Positions 19,741 to 29,527 are shown, counted from the whole stretch's first letter. The stretch is DNA of 61,806 nucleotides, filler included, from Desulfonatronovibrionaceae bacterium (GCA_046539845.1; 3 parts of 3 records of this genome joined end to end with filler, not necessarily neighbours in it), one strand, 5' to 3'. Notes: generated from the sequence alone by a model not told the origin. Numbers and translations: made by a program.

Positions 19741-20958
19741 ATGGAGGATTCCCGGAAAAAGATGCCTCTTATCTCCGTGTCTTTTCTGGTCCTAGGTAAC
19801 TGCCTGGGCGTGGGCGTGCTCGCCCTACCAATCAAATCCGGTCTGTGCGGATTTTTCCCCGCCCTGGCGGGCATTGTCCTGGTATGGCTGATGATGCTTA
19901 CTTCCGCGTTTGTAATCGGTTATAAGATCAATATCCAAAAGAGCAGCACCTTTGACATCCCCTCCTTTTATGCCCAGGAGACCAATCAGCTGGGAAAATG
20001 GGTGGCCATAGCCTGTAACCTTATTCTGCTTTATGGAGTGCTGGTTGCTTATTTGAGCGGGATGACCACGATTATAAACAATCTGATACCCGTAAAGCTG
20101 AGCGATCCATTGGTCACGATTGTCTATTTTCTTTTGACCACGACCCTTATATTGTTCGGCTCCGCGATCATGCGCAAGGGGAATATGTTTATAGTCATTG
20201 CCGTGTGGATATCTTTTATCTTTTTGATTATCTACGGAGCCCAGGATTTTGAATTGAGCAAGCTCGGTGGCGCGGACTGGGGATTCTTTCCCATCGGCAT
20301 CCCGGTAGCGGTCTCCGCCTTTCATTTTCACAATATAATTCCCACTGTTTCCCGCTCCCTGAATCATGATGTGTGGGCCACGCGCAAGGCCATATTCATC
20401 GGTGTGGGCCTGGGCCTGGTCATTAACCTTATCTGGGTGCTTATTGTCCTGGGCACCCTGCAGAGGATGGGTCTGGATCCGAATACAATCGAAGAGGCCT
20501 ATTGGCACGACCTTCCGGCGACAATACCCATGGACAGGCTGCTTCACTCCCGGGTTTTCGAGGTATCCGGGTTCGTGTTTGCCTTCCTGGCGGTGACAGC
20601 CTCGTATATCGCCAACGGCACCGGCCTGTTCGGTTTTATTCGGGATATGACCAATACATATCTGAACACCAGAAACAAAAGCCTTGTGGCCGTCCTCACC
20701 TTTCTTCCTCCTCTGGTGGTCACCTTGATTTATCCGGATATATTTCTTTCCGCTCTGGATGTGGTCGGCGGAGTCGGGGAGACCATTTTATTCATAATCC
20801 TTCCCGGCTATATTCTGCTTGGTATGTGCCGGAGGAAATATTATTGGGGGTATGTCCTGGGCTGGATCATGCTTACGCTCGGGGCTCTGATTGCCGCATA
20901 CGCCCTCTTGGACAAGTTTGGTCTTATAGATCTGGCCCCGGTCATGCCCGGGGCATAG
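19741..20958 (+). CDS. Aromatic amino acid (HAAAP/TyrP-like) transporter
   Basis: GNCLGVGVLALP and SAFHFHNIIP motifs, about 11 TM helices. Confidence 0.85.
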   Translation: MEDSRKKMPLISVSFLVLGNCLGVGVLALPIKSGLCGFFPALAGIVLVWLMMLTSAFVIGYKINIQKSSTFDIPSFYAQETNQLGKWVAIACNLILLYGVLVAYLSGMTTIINNLIPVKLSDPLVTIVYFLLTTTLILFGSAIMRKGNMFIVIAVWISFIFLIIYGAQDFELSKLGGADWGFFPIGIPVAVSAFHFHNIIPTVSRSLNHDVWATRKAIFIGVGLGLVINLIWVLIVLGTLQRMGLDPNTIEEAYWHDLPATIPMDRLLHSRVFEVSGFVFAFLAVTASYIANGTGLFGFIRDMTNTYLNTRNKSLVAVLTFLPPLVVTLIYPDIFLSALDVVGGVGETILFIILPGYILLGMCRRKYYWGYVLGWIMLTLGALIAAYALLDKFGLIDLAPVMPGA

Positions 20959-21015
20959 AGGTGCTCGAAGCAAACCGGAATTTTTAGGCAGAAATTTTTA
21001 TCCGGGGGAGGGGAT

Positions 21016-21984
21016 ATGAAAAATAAATTGTCCCGGCGCAATTTTATAAAATCATTAGGGGTGGGAGCAGCCACTGTGGTCCTGCCGTCCACTTTTGCCG
21101 CCGCTTCCCGGGGGGAGGAGCTGGCCACGCTTTTGGATCTGTCCAAATGCGTGGGCTGCGAGGAGTGCGTGTATGCCTGTCGCGAGGTAAACACCCCCAA
21201 ATTCCCGGAGCCGGAAAAACCTTTTCCCAGAATGTATCCGGATCGGGTTCCGGTCCAGGACTGGTCGGAGCGGCGGGATGTGGCCGACCGGCTGACCCCG
21301 TACAACTGGCTGTATATCCAAAGGGCGCATGTGCAGTATGAGGGCGAAGACTGGGATATAAATATCCCCCGGCGCTGTCTGCACTGTCAGAATCCGCCCT
21401 GTGCCAATCTCTGCCCCTGGGGCGCGGCCCGCAAGCTGGATAACGGAATCGTGCGCATCGACGACCGCATCTGCCTCGGCGGTTCCAAGTGCAGAAGTGT
21501 CTGCCCCTGGGACATCCCCCAGCGCCAGACCGGGGTGGGACTGTATCTGAAGCTTTTGCCCTCGTTTGCCGGAAACGGGGTCATGTACAAGTGCGACCGC
21601 TGCTATGACCGGATTGCGGCGGGAGAAATTCCGGCCTGCATAGAGGCCTGTCCGTTCGGGGTGCAGAGCATAGGTCCGAGACAGGAGATAGTAGACCGGG
21701 CGCACAAACTGGCCCGGGAAATGCCCGGTTTCATTTACGGGGAGCATGAAAATGGCGGAACCAATACCCTGTACGTCTCTCCGGTACCTTTTGAAATACT
21801 GGATGCAGCGGTGGAGAAGGGGCCGGGCCGTCCCGTTCTGAAACAGTATCCGGATCGGCTTGAGGCGGAGGCCGATTTGGCCGGGGTCATGCTCATCGCC
21901 CCATTCGCCGGATTGGCTGCAGGGGCCCTGCATGCCGTGCGTCTGGCCCGAAAAAACCGGCCGGAGGGTAGCGACGATGAATAA
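21016..21984 (+). CDS. Tat-exported 4Fe-4S dicluster protein (HybA/FdnH-like)
   Basis: SRRNFIK Tat motif, four Cys groups, YGEHENGGT, C-terminal TM helix. Confidence 0.88.
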   Translation: MKNKLSRRNFIKSLGVGAATVVLPSTFAAASRGEELATLLDLSKCVGCEECVYACREVNTPKFPEPEKPFPRMYPDRVPVQDWSERRDVADRLTPYNWLYIQRAHVQYEGEDWDINIPRRCLHCQNPPCANLCPWGAARKLDNGIVRIDDRICLGGSKCRSVCPWDIPQRQTGVGLYLKLLPSFAGNGVMYKCDRCYDRIAAGEIPACIEACPFGVQSIGPRQEIVDRAHKLAREMPGFIYGEHENGGTNTLYVSPVPFEILDAAVEKGPGRPVLKQYPDRLEAEADLAGVMLIAPFAGLAAGALHAVRLARKNRPEGSDDE

Positions 21985-22438
21985 GCGAGTGGTTCCCCTG
22001 TGGCAGGGAGTGTCTTTTAATATCCTGGTCTTTGTCCTGGCCATCACCGGATTCGCCCAGATGCCCATATTCAAGCGCTATTATATCGCGGATATCCCCG
22101 GGTTGGGCTGGCTGGCCCAGTATTATGCCACACATCTTATCCATTATGCCGCGGCCTGTGTGTTTTTGGCCCTGATCGGCTATTTTATGGGCCGCTGGAT
22201 TAAGCAGTGGAGGGTCACGCATCGCATAAGCGCCGGGGGCTGGGTCCGCGTTTTTCTGTTCGCGGTGATAATCGGTACCGGAGCCATGCGCGTGGCCAAG
22301 AATTTACCGGATATCCATTTCAGCCCGACTGCCACCATGCTCTTGGACTGGGTGCATTTGTTTGCGGTCATTGTTTTGGGGATGATCGCGCTTGGTTTGC
22401 GTCTGGCCGGCCGGGGCGGGTATTTTATTCGCAGGTAA
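21977..22438 (+). CDS. Small cytochrome b-like membrane subunit
   Basis: About 4 TM helices with His residues (THLIHY, WVHLF), overlapping the upstream stop. Confidence 0.7.
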   Translation: MNKRVVPLWQGVSFNILVFVLAITGFAQMPIFKRYYIADIPGLGWLAQYYATHLIHYAAACVFLALIGYFMGRWIKQWRVTHRISAGGWVRVFLFAVIIGTGAMRVAKNLPDIHFSPTATMLLDWVHLFAVIVLGMIALGLRLAGRGGYFIRR

Positions 22439-22535
22439 CACTTTGAAAAGCTTATCAAAAAATCGGCGAATGATTTAAAAACCGTGCCCGCAGGCCGTTA
22501 GTGTATTTTTATGTTTCATTGCGATTTTTCAGAAT

Positions 22536-22594
22536 CCATAACGCCCTGCGTCTGCGGCGAGCAAAGCCAGTCCGCCAGAGCGCAATTGTTAGGC
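22536..22594 (-). mobile_element. Integron attC recombination site (59 bp)
   Basis: Minus strand GCCTAAC...GCG(C)TCTG(G)CGG...CCGCAGACGC...GTTATGG. It has the AAC/GTT core boxes and an imperfect palindrome with extrahelical bases, 4 bp after the yoeB stop. Confidence 0.8.
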
Positions 22595-22598
22595 TAAA

Positions 22599-22724
22599 CT
22601 ATTCATAATGAGTCCACATCCGGATAACCTTAACTATTTTTTCAGCATCAATTACTTCATAGACTAACCGATGCTGGATATTAATACGACGGGAGTAGGC
22701 GCCAGCCAAATCTCCCACAAGCTT
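22599..22724 (-). CDS. yoeB: Txe/YoeB family toxin, C-terminal part (cut by the contig gap)
   Basis: Manual translation KLVGDLAGAYSRRINIQHRLVYEVIDAEKIVKVIRMWTHYE*. Not in the ORF track. Confidence 0.88.
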   Translation of the reverse strand, partial: KLVGDLAGAYSRRINIQHRLVYEVIDAEKIVKVIRMWTHYE

Positions 22725-22824
22725 NNNNNNNNNNNNNNNNNNNNNNNNNNNNNNNNNNNNNNNNNNNNTTAATTAATTAANNNNNNNNNNNNNNNNNNNN
22801 NNNNNNNNNNNNNNNNNNNNNNNN
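22725..22824. other. Artificial contig linker / assembly gap
   Basis: N-run containing TTAATTAATTAA (stops in all six frames). Confidence 0.97.
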
Positions 22825-23436
22825 ATCCTGGGTTTCCCCTTTTTCAAGCCTTTGTTCGAGTCGGATACAGAGATCTTGCTGTATGGTTTTCCCCGCTGGC
22901 AGGGGGATACGCACAAGCTGCTCTTAAACGTGTTTTGCGCCCCGCATTTTCCGGTCCCTCCCCGGGCCCTGAAGGCAAGGATAAGGTATGTAGAGTGTAG
23001 CGGCACGGTCACTTTGCCCGGGATAAGCGTGCAGGCGGTGCCCCTGTCTCACCCCAATGTGGGGGTGGGCTACAGTTTTAAAGAGAAAAACAAGAGGTTT
23101 GTTTTTTTGACGGACAACGAGCTGGGCTACAGGCACCGGGGAGGCCTGGACAGGGCCGGGTACTCAGAGTTCTGCACCAAGGCCTCGCTTCTGGTCCATG
23201 ACTCGGAATATATGGAGGAGGACTACGCCCGGACCTGGGGGCACTCCAAATTCACGGACGCGGTCCGCCTGGCTGCGGATGCCGGGGTGGAGAGGTTGGG
23301 ATTGTTCCATCACAGCCAGGACCGTGTGGACGAGGAAATTTTGCGCATGCAAGACTTGGCCCGGGAAAGGCTGGCAGGACTGGGATCAGAGGCCGGGTGT
23401 TTTGCGGTTTATCAGGACCAGGAGATCCGGCTCTAA
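22825..23436 (+). CDS. MBL-fold metallo-hydrolase, C-terminal part
   Basis: LSHPN..GY, FLTDNE, LVHDSEY, WGHS and LFHH motifs. Confidence 0.85.
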   Translation: MLGFPFFKPLFESDTEILLYGFPRWQGDTHKLLLNVFCAPHFPVPPRALKARIRYVECSGTVTLPGISVQAVPLSHPNVGVGYSFKEKNKRFVFLTDNELGYRHRGGLDRAGYSEFCTKASLLVHDSEYMEEDYARTWGHSKFTDAVRLAADAGVERLGLFHHSQDRVDEEILRMQDLARERLAGLGSEAGCFAVYQDQEIRL

Positions 23437-23450
23437 AGCCGGCCGGGTAT

Positions 23451-23645
23451 CTATCTCCGCCTGGGCACTCCGGGCACGGTGTGGTAATATCCGCCGATCA
23501 TGGCTGTCTTTATTCCCGCAAGACTTAGTTTTGTCCTTATCCCGTTCACTCCCCGATACCAGGTCCTGCGCAGCAGAGGGTACACGCAAAGATGGAATTG
23601 CGGCCTGGTTTTCTGTCTGGCCATAAAGGCGGTTAGTTCACGCAT
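23451..23645 (-). CDS. Possible small basic protein
   Basis: 64-aa ORF with an AAGGA RBS. No recognisable motif. Confidence 0.3.
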   Translation of the reverse strand: MRELTAFMARQKTRPQFHLCVYPLLRRTWYRGVNGIRTKLSLAGIKTAMIGGYYHTVPGVPRRR

Positions 23646-23991
23646 TGTCTTTCCTTTTTTGCTATTTTGTCCCGCCGTGCGCGGGACCCTGCCAAAGGCG
23701 CTACCTGCTATACGCCCTTTGCCGGGTTGTCAACAGCCTTTATCGCGGTTTTTCCAGGTGTATTCGGGATGGGGACAGGTGTTTGACATCTTGATCCAGA
23801 AGGAATAAATAACTCCGTTTGCGTTAGACTGCGTTAGCATCAGAAACGGTCTGCCCCGGCCGGCTGCTTGCTCCGGAAGTAAACGGGTGCCGGAATTTTC
23901 CCCGGGATAGGGACAAACCGGAACGCACCCCCTCCGGCAGCGCCTTCCGCGCAGCCCGGGATAAGGATTGGAAATAAGCTGGTAAGTCACA

Positions 23992-24516
23992 GTGACAAGG
24001 AGAATCAAGGATGAAAAGGACATATCAACCGAGCAGGATAAAACGGAAGAGGACGCACGGGTTCCTGGTCCGGTCCAGAACAAAAAGCGGCAGGGCGGTT
24101 TTGCGCCGTCGCAGGGCAAAAGGTCGCAAGAGACTCTCAGTCTAAAATTTCCCCGCGCGTTCAGGATTACTGACCGTCCCCGGTACAGGCGCTGCTACGC
24201 CCGGGGGCAGCGTTTTTTGACCCGCAGTTTTATCCTTTTTGTTCTGCCTTTCCCCGGGCGCAGTCATTGGTCCTTGGGGATCGCGGCCAGTAAAAAGGTG
24301 GGCAACGCGGTGAATCGCAACCGGGTAAAAAGGCTGATCCGTGAGGTGTTCCGGGTCAATCAGCACAGGATCAAATTGAAGGCGGATATCGTGGTTGTGG
24401 TCAAGAAATCGGTCCGGATCAGCGAACTGGATTATCACCGGGTGGAAAAGGAGCTCATGCCGGCTTTGGACAGGATCAGTGCGCAGATCTCAGCAGAAAA
24501 CAGTCCCATTGGGTGA
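23992..24516 (+). CDS. rnpA: Ribonuclease P protein component (start uncertain; frame open across rpmH)
   Basis: [29 protein letters not shown] motif and operon position. Confidence 0.9.
   Translation: MTRRIKDEKDISTEQDKTEEDARVPGPVQNKKRQGGFAPSQGKRSQETLSLKFPRAFRITDRPRYRRCYARGQRFLTRSFILFVLPFPGRSHWSLGIAASKKVGNAVNRNRVKRLIREVFRVNQHRIKLKADIVVVVKKSVRISELDYHRVEKELMPALDRISAQISAENSPIG
24011..24145 (+). CDS. rpmH: 50S ribosomal protein L34
   Basis: Manual translation [44 protein letters not shown], with an AAGGAG RBS. Confidence 0.98.
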   Translation: MKRTYQPSRIKRKRTHGFLVRSRTKSGRAVLRRRRAKGRKRLSV

Positions 24517-24585
24517 AAAGGACGGCAGGCTCCAGGATGTCTTCAGGGGCGGCTCGGCCCGGGGGATCGGTTATCGGCGTTTGCA

Positions 24586-24846
24586 ATGATAAAAAAGATT
24601 TTTCTCCCCATACTTACCTTGTATCGGACGTGCATCTCCCCTTTGTATCCCCCCTGCTGCCGCTTTTACCCCTCCTGTTCCGATTATGCCGGACAAGCCA
24701 TTCGCAGGCACGGGGCGTTTTCGGGCGTGATACTGGCCGTCTTTCGCGTTTTACGCTGCAACCCGCTGTGCAAAGGCGGTCTGGATCCGGTGCCGGAGAA
24801 TTTCGGCCTGAAATCTTTATTTGGAGCTAAAAAGACTGATGGATAA
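24586..24846 (+). CDS. yidD: Membrane protein insertion efficiency factor
   Basis: CRFYPSCSDY and RCNPLCKGGLDPVP. Confidence 0.95.
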   Translation: MIKKIFLPILTLYRTCISPLYPPCCRFYPSCSDYAGQAIRRHGAFSGVILAVFRVLRCNPLCKGGLDPVPENFGLKSLFGAKKTDG

Positions 24847-26494
24847 CAAACGAGTTTTTCTGGCCGTGAGCCTGTGTATTGTGGTCCTGGTTTTGTGGAA
24901 TATCCTCTTTCCTCCGGTGCCCCCTGTCCAGCAGCAGGCTGAGCAGACCGCCCGGACTGAAGAGAAGGCCGGGAGCGGCCGGGAAAAAGAGGCCCAAGCT
25001 CCACAGGACACCGCCGGGGAGAAAGCGGATACCGCTGCGGACAGAGCCGAGGCCGAGGTGGATGAGGATTTTGTTCCGGAAAGCGGCCGGGAAGTGGAGG
25101 TGGATACTCCTTTGTATAAGGCGGTCTTCAATTCCCAGGGCGGGATAGTCGAGCAGTTCGAGCTCAAGAAATATGAGCAGACCATAAAACCGGACTCCGA
25201 ACAGGTGGATCTTATCACCCACCGGGCCTTGGCCAAGGGCCCCATGGGGGTTATCTGGGATCGCCGGCCCACATGGTCCGAAGGGGAGTGGGCCCTGGAG
25301 GGGGGGGATCTCCGTTTAGAAAAAGGCGAGAAGAAAAGCCTCGAGTTCACAGGCCGCATGGACGATCTGCGCTTTGTCCGGGAGCTGGTCTTTGAGGGTG
25401 GATCCTACGTGGTCGAGGAGACCCTGACCGTGATCGATACCGGCGGCAGTCCCAATGCGGGTGAGCTGGCCTTTGTCCTATCCACCCCGACCTTAAGCAG
25501 CGAGGATAACCGATACAACCGGACCCAAATCATGTACCGGAACCAGGAAGGCATCTCCAAGGAGGACGATGCCGACGACCTGCGGGAAATCGGAATCAAG
25601 ACCGGCATGGGGGTGGACTGGGGGGGGATATCCAGCAATTATTTCCTTTTGGGCATGATCCCGGACACCAAGGATATGTATTTCAAGGCCCGGCTCGAAG
25701 ACGATATCTACCGCCTGGCTTTGGTCCGCGATTTCGATATCCCTGCGGATTCGGCTCGCAGGGTGACCTGCACCTATTACCTGGGCCCCAAGGTGGGCAG
25801 TCAGCTGGCCAAGGCCCCGAATGATCTCAAATCTTCCCTGCAATACGGCTGGGCCTTTTTCGACCTGATCGCCAAACCGCTTATGCAGGTGCTGAACTTC
25901 TTTTATGAATACACCGGCAATTACGGCATCGCTATCATCATCCTGACCATCATCATCAAGATCATTTTCTGGCCCCTGTCTCAGAAGAGCTACAAGTCCA
26001 TGAACAAGATGAAAAAGATCCAGCCGATGATGACCAAGATAAAGGAGAAGTACAAGGACGACCGGCAGAAGATGAACGAGGAAATGATGCGTTTGTACAA
26101 GACGTACAAGGTCAACCCGGCCGGGGGATGTCTGCCCATGCTGGTGCAGATACCGGTGTTTATCGCCTTGTATCAGGCCCTGTTAAGCGCGATAGAACTC
26201 AGGCACGCGCCATTTATTTATCATCTCCCGTTTACGGATATAGTCTGGCTGGCGGATCTCTCGGCCAAGGATCCGCTGTACATCACCCCCTTGATCATGG
26301 GGGCGACAATGTTTATGCAACAGAAAATGACTCCATCGCCCGGAGATCCCACGCAGGCCAAGATCATGCTCTTTATGCCTGTTGTGTTTACGTTTATCTT
26401 CCTTACCTTTCCCTCCGGGCTGGTGGTTTACTGGCTGGCGAACAATGTCCTGTCCATTGCCCAGCAGTGGTGGATGCTCAAGAAAGAGGCCTAG
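24839..26494 (+). CDS. yidC: Membrane protein insertase
   Basis: GNYGIAIIILT, NPAGGCLPMLVQIPVF, WLADLS..DP and PSGLVVYW. Confidence 0.97.
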   Translation: MDNKRVFLAVSLCIVVLVLWNILFPPVPPVQQQAEQTARTEEKAGSGREKEAQAPQDTAGEKADTAADRAEAEVDEDFVPESGREVEVDTPLYKAVFNSQGGIVEQFELKKYEQTIKPDSEQVDLITHRALAKGPMGVIWDRRPTWSEGEWALEGGDLRLEKGEKKSLEFTGRMDDLRFVRELVFEGGSYVVEETLTVIDTGGSPNAGELAFVLSTPTLSSEDNRYNRTQIMYRNQEGISKEDDADDLREIGIKTGMGVDWGGISSNYFLLGMIPDTKDMYFKARLEDDIYRLALVRDFDIPADSARRVTCTYYLGPKVGSQLAKAPNDLKSSLQYGWAFFDLIAKPLMQVLNFFYEYTGNYGIAIIILTIIIKIIFWPLSQKSYKSMNKMKKIQPMMTKIKEKYKDDRQKMNEEMMRLYKTYKVNPAGGCLPMLVQIPVFIALYQALLSAIELRHAPFIYHLPFTDIVWLADLSAKDPLYITPLIMGATMFMQQKMTPSPGDPTQAKIMLFMPVVFTFIFLTFPSGLVVYWLANNVLSIAQQWWMLKKEA

Positions 26495-27068
26495 CAGCCG
26501 GTGGAACCCAGGGCGGCAAAGCAGCAAAAAGGGTCAATTCTTAGCTGCAAACAACTGTGCTTTGCTGGCCTGGGGAGATTTTTATCGGCCTGATGAGGTG
26601 ACTTTCAATCGCCGGCCGAGGCGTTTTGGAGTGTATGCTGTTTAACAGCAGGTTTCTTCTGCGCGGCGGCGCCTCCGGTATCCGGGGCGCAATCCGCGGC
26701 ACCCCTGCAAACGGACTTAGGATTCGCTTTGCCCGGGGATCAAATGGTGGATGGATACCAACGAGATTTTCAAGTCCGGCGCATTTCCGTTACGGATCGT
26801 AATCCACAACGCATTGCCATATGCAGCCGGGCGGGCAGCCAGAGCGAATTTTGGCCGCATGAATCGGTGCGGGCCGAATTGATTCGGAGAAGGCGCGTTT
26901 TTTCAAGCGCCGGCCCGTGTCCGAAATGAATTGTACAAGAGGCGGTCCTGCCCCCCGGGATTTACACTATTGGGATAAAGACAGAAGCACTGAGTTTACG
27001 AGACGGTAAGCGGTGTTCTTTGAAAGGAGGCGCGCCGGGCGCAAACAAGCTTCAAGCAAGGAGAAAGC

Positions 27069-27746
27069 ATGGAGGAGTTCAGGCAGTTTCAGGGCAAGGA
27101 CGTTGACGAGGCTATACAGAAGGCATGCGAGCACTTTGGGGCTGAGCGCGATCAGCTGGAGGTGGAGATCACTTCCGGCGGATCTTCCGGTATATTCGGC
27201 TTGGTGGGAGTGAAAAAGGCGGAGATCCAGGCCAAAAAACGCAACGATTTAAAAGAGCTGGAAGCGGAGATCCGGGAGGTTGTGACCAACCTGACCCGGA
27301 GCATGACCCCGGAGTCAGAGATCACGGTGGACACGGATGCCGACCCTATCCGGGTGATCATTGAAGATGAGGAGAACTCCGGTCTGCTTATTGGCAGGGA
27401 CGGCCAGACCATAACCGCCCTGCAGTATATAGCCAACAGAATTGTGGCCCGCAAATGGCCGGGAGCACCCCGGATTCAGCTGGATACAGGCGATTTTCGC
27501 CGCAAGCAGCAGGAAAAGCTGGAGAGCACCGCCCAGGAACTGGCGGACAAGGCCAAGGAGGTCGGCCGGGTCATGAGTACTCAGCCATTGAGTGCCTTTC
27601 ATCGCCGGGTGGTGCACATGGCCCTGCAGGAAGACAAGGCGGTTCAGACCAGGAGCAAGGGGGACGGCCCGTTTAAAAGGGTGCTTATCATGCCCCGCAG
27701 GAAAAAGAACAAACAGCAGGAGGCCCCTGCGGAACAGGAGCTCTAG
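27069..27746 (+). CDS. jag: Jag/KhpB RNA-binding protein (Jag_N, KH, R3H)
   Basis: GKDVDEAI, GLLIGRDGQTITALQ and RRVVH. Confidence 0.93.
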   Translation: MEEFRQFQGKDVDEAIQKACEHFGAERDQLEVEITSGGSSGIFGLVGVKKAEIQAKKRNDLKELEAEIREVVTNLTRSMTPESEITVDTDADPIRVIIEDEENSGLLIGRDGQTITALQYIANRIVARKWPGAPRIQLDTGDFRRKQQEKLESTAQELADKAKEVGRVMSTQPLSAFHRRVVHMALQEDKAVQTRSKGDGPFKRVLIMPRRKKNKQQEAPAEQEL

Positions 27747-27849
27747 CCGGCTGCGGGCGGGCTGAACATCGGGATACAAGGCGGAGGATTTATTCTCCGC
27801 CTTTTTTGATCACGGGCCGGCAAGCAATTCGGCCTCGGAGGCGATTCTT

Positions 27850-29235
27850 ATGGCCGGATACAAGCAGGATACCATAGCTGCAGTGGCCACTCCTTTGGGA
27901 ACGGGCGGGGTGGGCATAGTCCGCATGAGCGGGCCCGCCTGCCGGCAGATGGCGGACAAGATCTTTGTCTCCGCCCGGCCGTCTTTTCCGGGCATAAAGC
28001 CGTACAGGCTGCATCACGGGTGGATACGAAACAAGGCCGGGCGCACCCTGGACGAGGTCCTGTTGGCCTTTATGCCCGGTCCGGGATCCTATACCGGGGA
28101 GGATGTCCTGGAGATAAACTGCCACGGCGGACCGGCCGTGCTCCAGGCGGTGCTTAAACTGTGCCTGGGGTTCGGGGCCAGGGCCGCCGAGCCCGGGGAA
28201 TTTACCAAAAGGGCCTTTTTGAACGGCCGCCTCGACCTCTCTCAGGCCGAGGCGGTCTCGGAGGCAATAAACGCCAGGACTTCTTCCTCCTTGACCTTTG
28301 CCCAGAACAAGCTCTCCGGAGCGCTTCGCTCCCGAGTCCGGGAGCTGCGCTCAGAGCTGGAGGAACTCAGCCGGCAGTTCTGCTTGGCGGTGGATTTCCC
28401 GGACGAAGACGTGCAGTGCGCCCCCAGGGACGAGCTTGCTGACCGGATCCGGATTGCCCTCAAGAAAATAGATGAACTGGTGGACAACAGCGAACGCGGT
28501 TCGGTGTGGAGGAACGGGGCTGTGGTCGCTATGGCTGGACAGGTGAACGCGGGCAAATCCAGTCTGTTGAACTGCATACTGGGCCGGGAGCGGTCCATTG
28601 TTACCGCGATCGCCGGGACCACCCGGGATTATATAGAGGAGGAGGTAAATATCCGCGGTCTGCCGGTGCGGTTGGTGGATACTGCCGGTCTGCGCCGGAC
28701 CGAAGACGCGGTGGAGCAGGCCGGGGTGGACCGCTGCCGGGAGCTTTTGGTCGGGGCGGATCTGATCCTTGTGGTCGTGGACGGCGTGCGGGGGCCGGAC
28801 CGGGAGGATGCGGATATCTTGTTTGCATACAAAGATAAAAAGGTGCTGGTGGTCGCCAACAAGAGCGATCTTCCCGGGTTCAGGGAGCCGGAGTCATATC
28901 CACTCGGATGCGGCCCGGAAAAGACGGTGAGTGTATCCGCCAAAACCGGGGAGGGCGTGGACAGGCTCTTGAACGATATACGCGAACTCGTGCTCGGAAA
29001 CCGGCCGGAACCGGATCCAAACGCCCTGATCCCCAACGCCCGGCAGAAGCACAGTCTGGAGCAGGCCAGCCGCGAACTGGAGATGCTCCTGGCTGATCTG
29101 CACAAGGAGGTGCCTTTTGACCTGCTCGGGGTGCGGCTGGATTATGCCTCTGAGTCCCTGGCGGAAATAACCGGGGAGATAGTGAGCGAGGACATTTTAA
29201 ATTCCATTTTCGATAGATTCTGTATCGGGAAATAG
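27850..29235 (+). CDS. mnmE: tRNA modification GTPase
   Basis: DTIAAVATP, GQVNAGKSS, GTTRD, DTAG, NKSD and FCIGK. Confidence 0.97.
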   Translation: MAGYKQDTIAAVATPLGTGGVGIVRMSGPACRQMADKIFVSARPSFPGIKPYRLHHGWIRNKAGRTLDEVLLAFMPGPGSYTGEDVLEINCHGGPAVLQAVLKLCLGFGARAAEPGEFTKRAFLNGRLDLSQAEAVSEAINARTSSSLTFAQNKLSGALRSRVRELRSELEELSRQFCLAVDFPDEDVQCAPRDELADRIRIALKKIDELVDNSERGSVWRNGAVVAMAGQVNAGKSSLLNCILGRERSIVTAIAGTTRDYIEEEVNIRGLPVRLVDTAGLRRTEDAVEQAGVDRCRELLVGADLILVVVDGVRGPDREDADILFAYKDKKVLVVANKSDLPGFREPESYPLGCGPEKTVSVSAKTGEGVDRLLNDIRELVLGNRPEPDPNALIPNARQKHSLEQASRELEMLLADLHKEVPFDLLGVRLDYASESLAEITGEIVSEDILNSIFDRFCIGK

Positions 29236-29272
29236 AAGGCGCCTCCCGAATTTAGAGGACCACCCCACTCTT

Positions 29273-29323
29273 GTCATTACCCGTTCCTGCTCGGGGGCAG
29301 GCATGACGACCTGGGTAATCCAG
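29273..29323. repeat. GTCAT...ATCCAG REP-like palindrome
   Basis: gtcattaccc...gggtaatccag, the reverse complement of the 53089-53118 arms. Confidence 0.6.
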
Positions 29324-29527
29324 AGCGAGGCTTGAAGTTAATCGCAAAGATTGGCCTTATCCGCTGTTACCTGAAACCATATCCGCCCCGGGAGCCCACA
29401 ACAGGTGGCTAACTCAAGGCATTCCAATAATAAAAAATTTTGGATTCAGGTGGTTAAAAATTGTTTGCGGGATGTTAACAACACAATCCTGTACATATTT
29501 GTGTGCGCAGCCAAAAGCGGAATCTCC

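Noticed and set aside
21055..22074. Long antisense or alternative-frame ORFs (also 7506-8363, 38128-39147, 51793-52803, 54237-55328, 58984-60072)
   Set aside because: These are shadow ORFs typical of GC-rich coding DNA, overlapping well-supported genes and lacking motifs.
22434..22503. Possible second attC (CACTAAC...GTTACCT on the minus strand)
   Set aside because: There is no convincing internal palindrome. At best it is a degraded remnant.
22725..22824. TTAATTAATTAA palindrome within N-runs (also 42712-42811)
   Set aside because: This is an artificial six-frame-stop contig linker, not biology. Adjacency across it is unproven.
23440..24010. oriC/dnaA expected upstream of rpmH
   Set aside because: No dnaA gene or DnaA-box cluster is visible, and the upstream gene is an MBL hydrolase.
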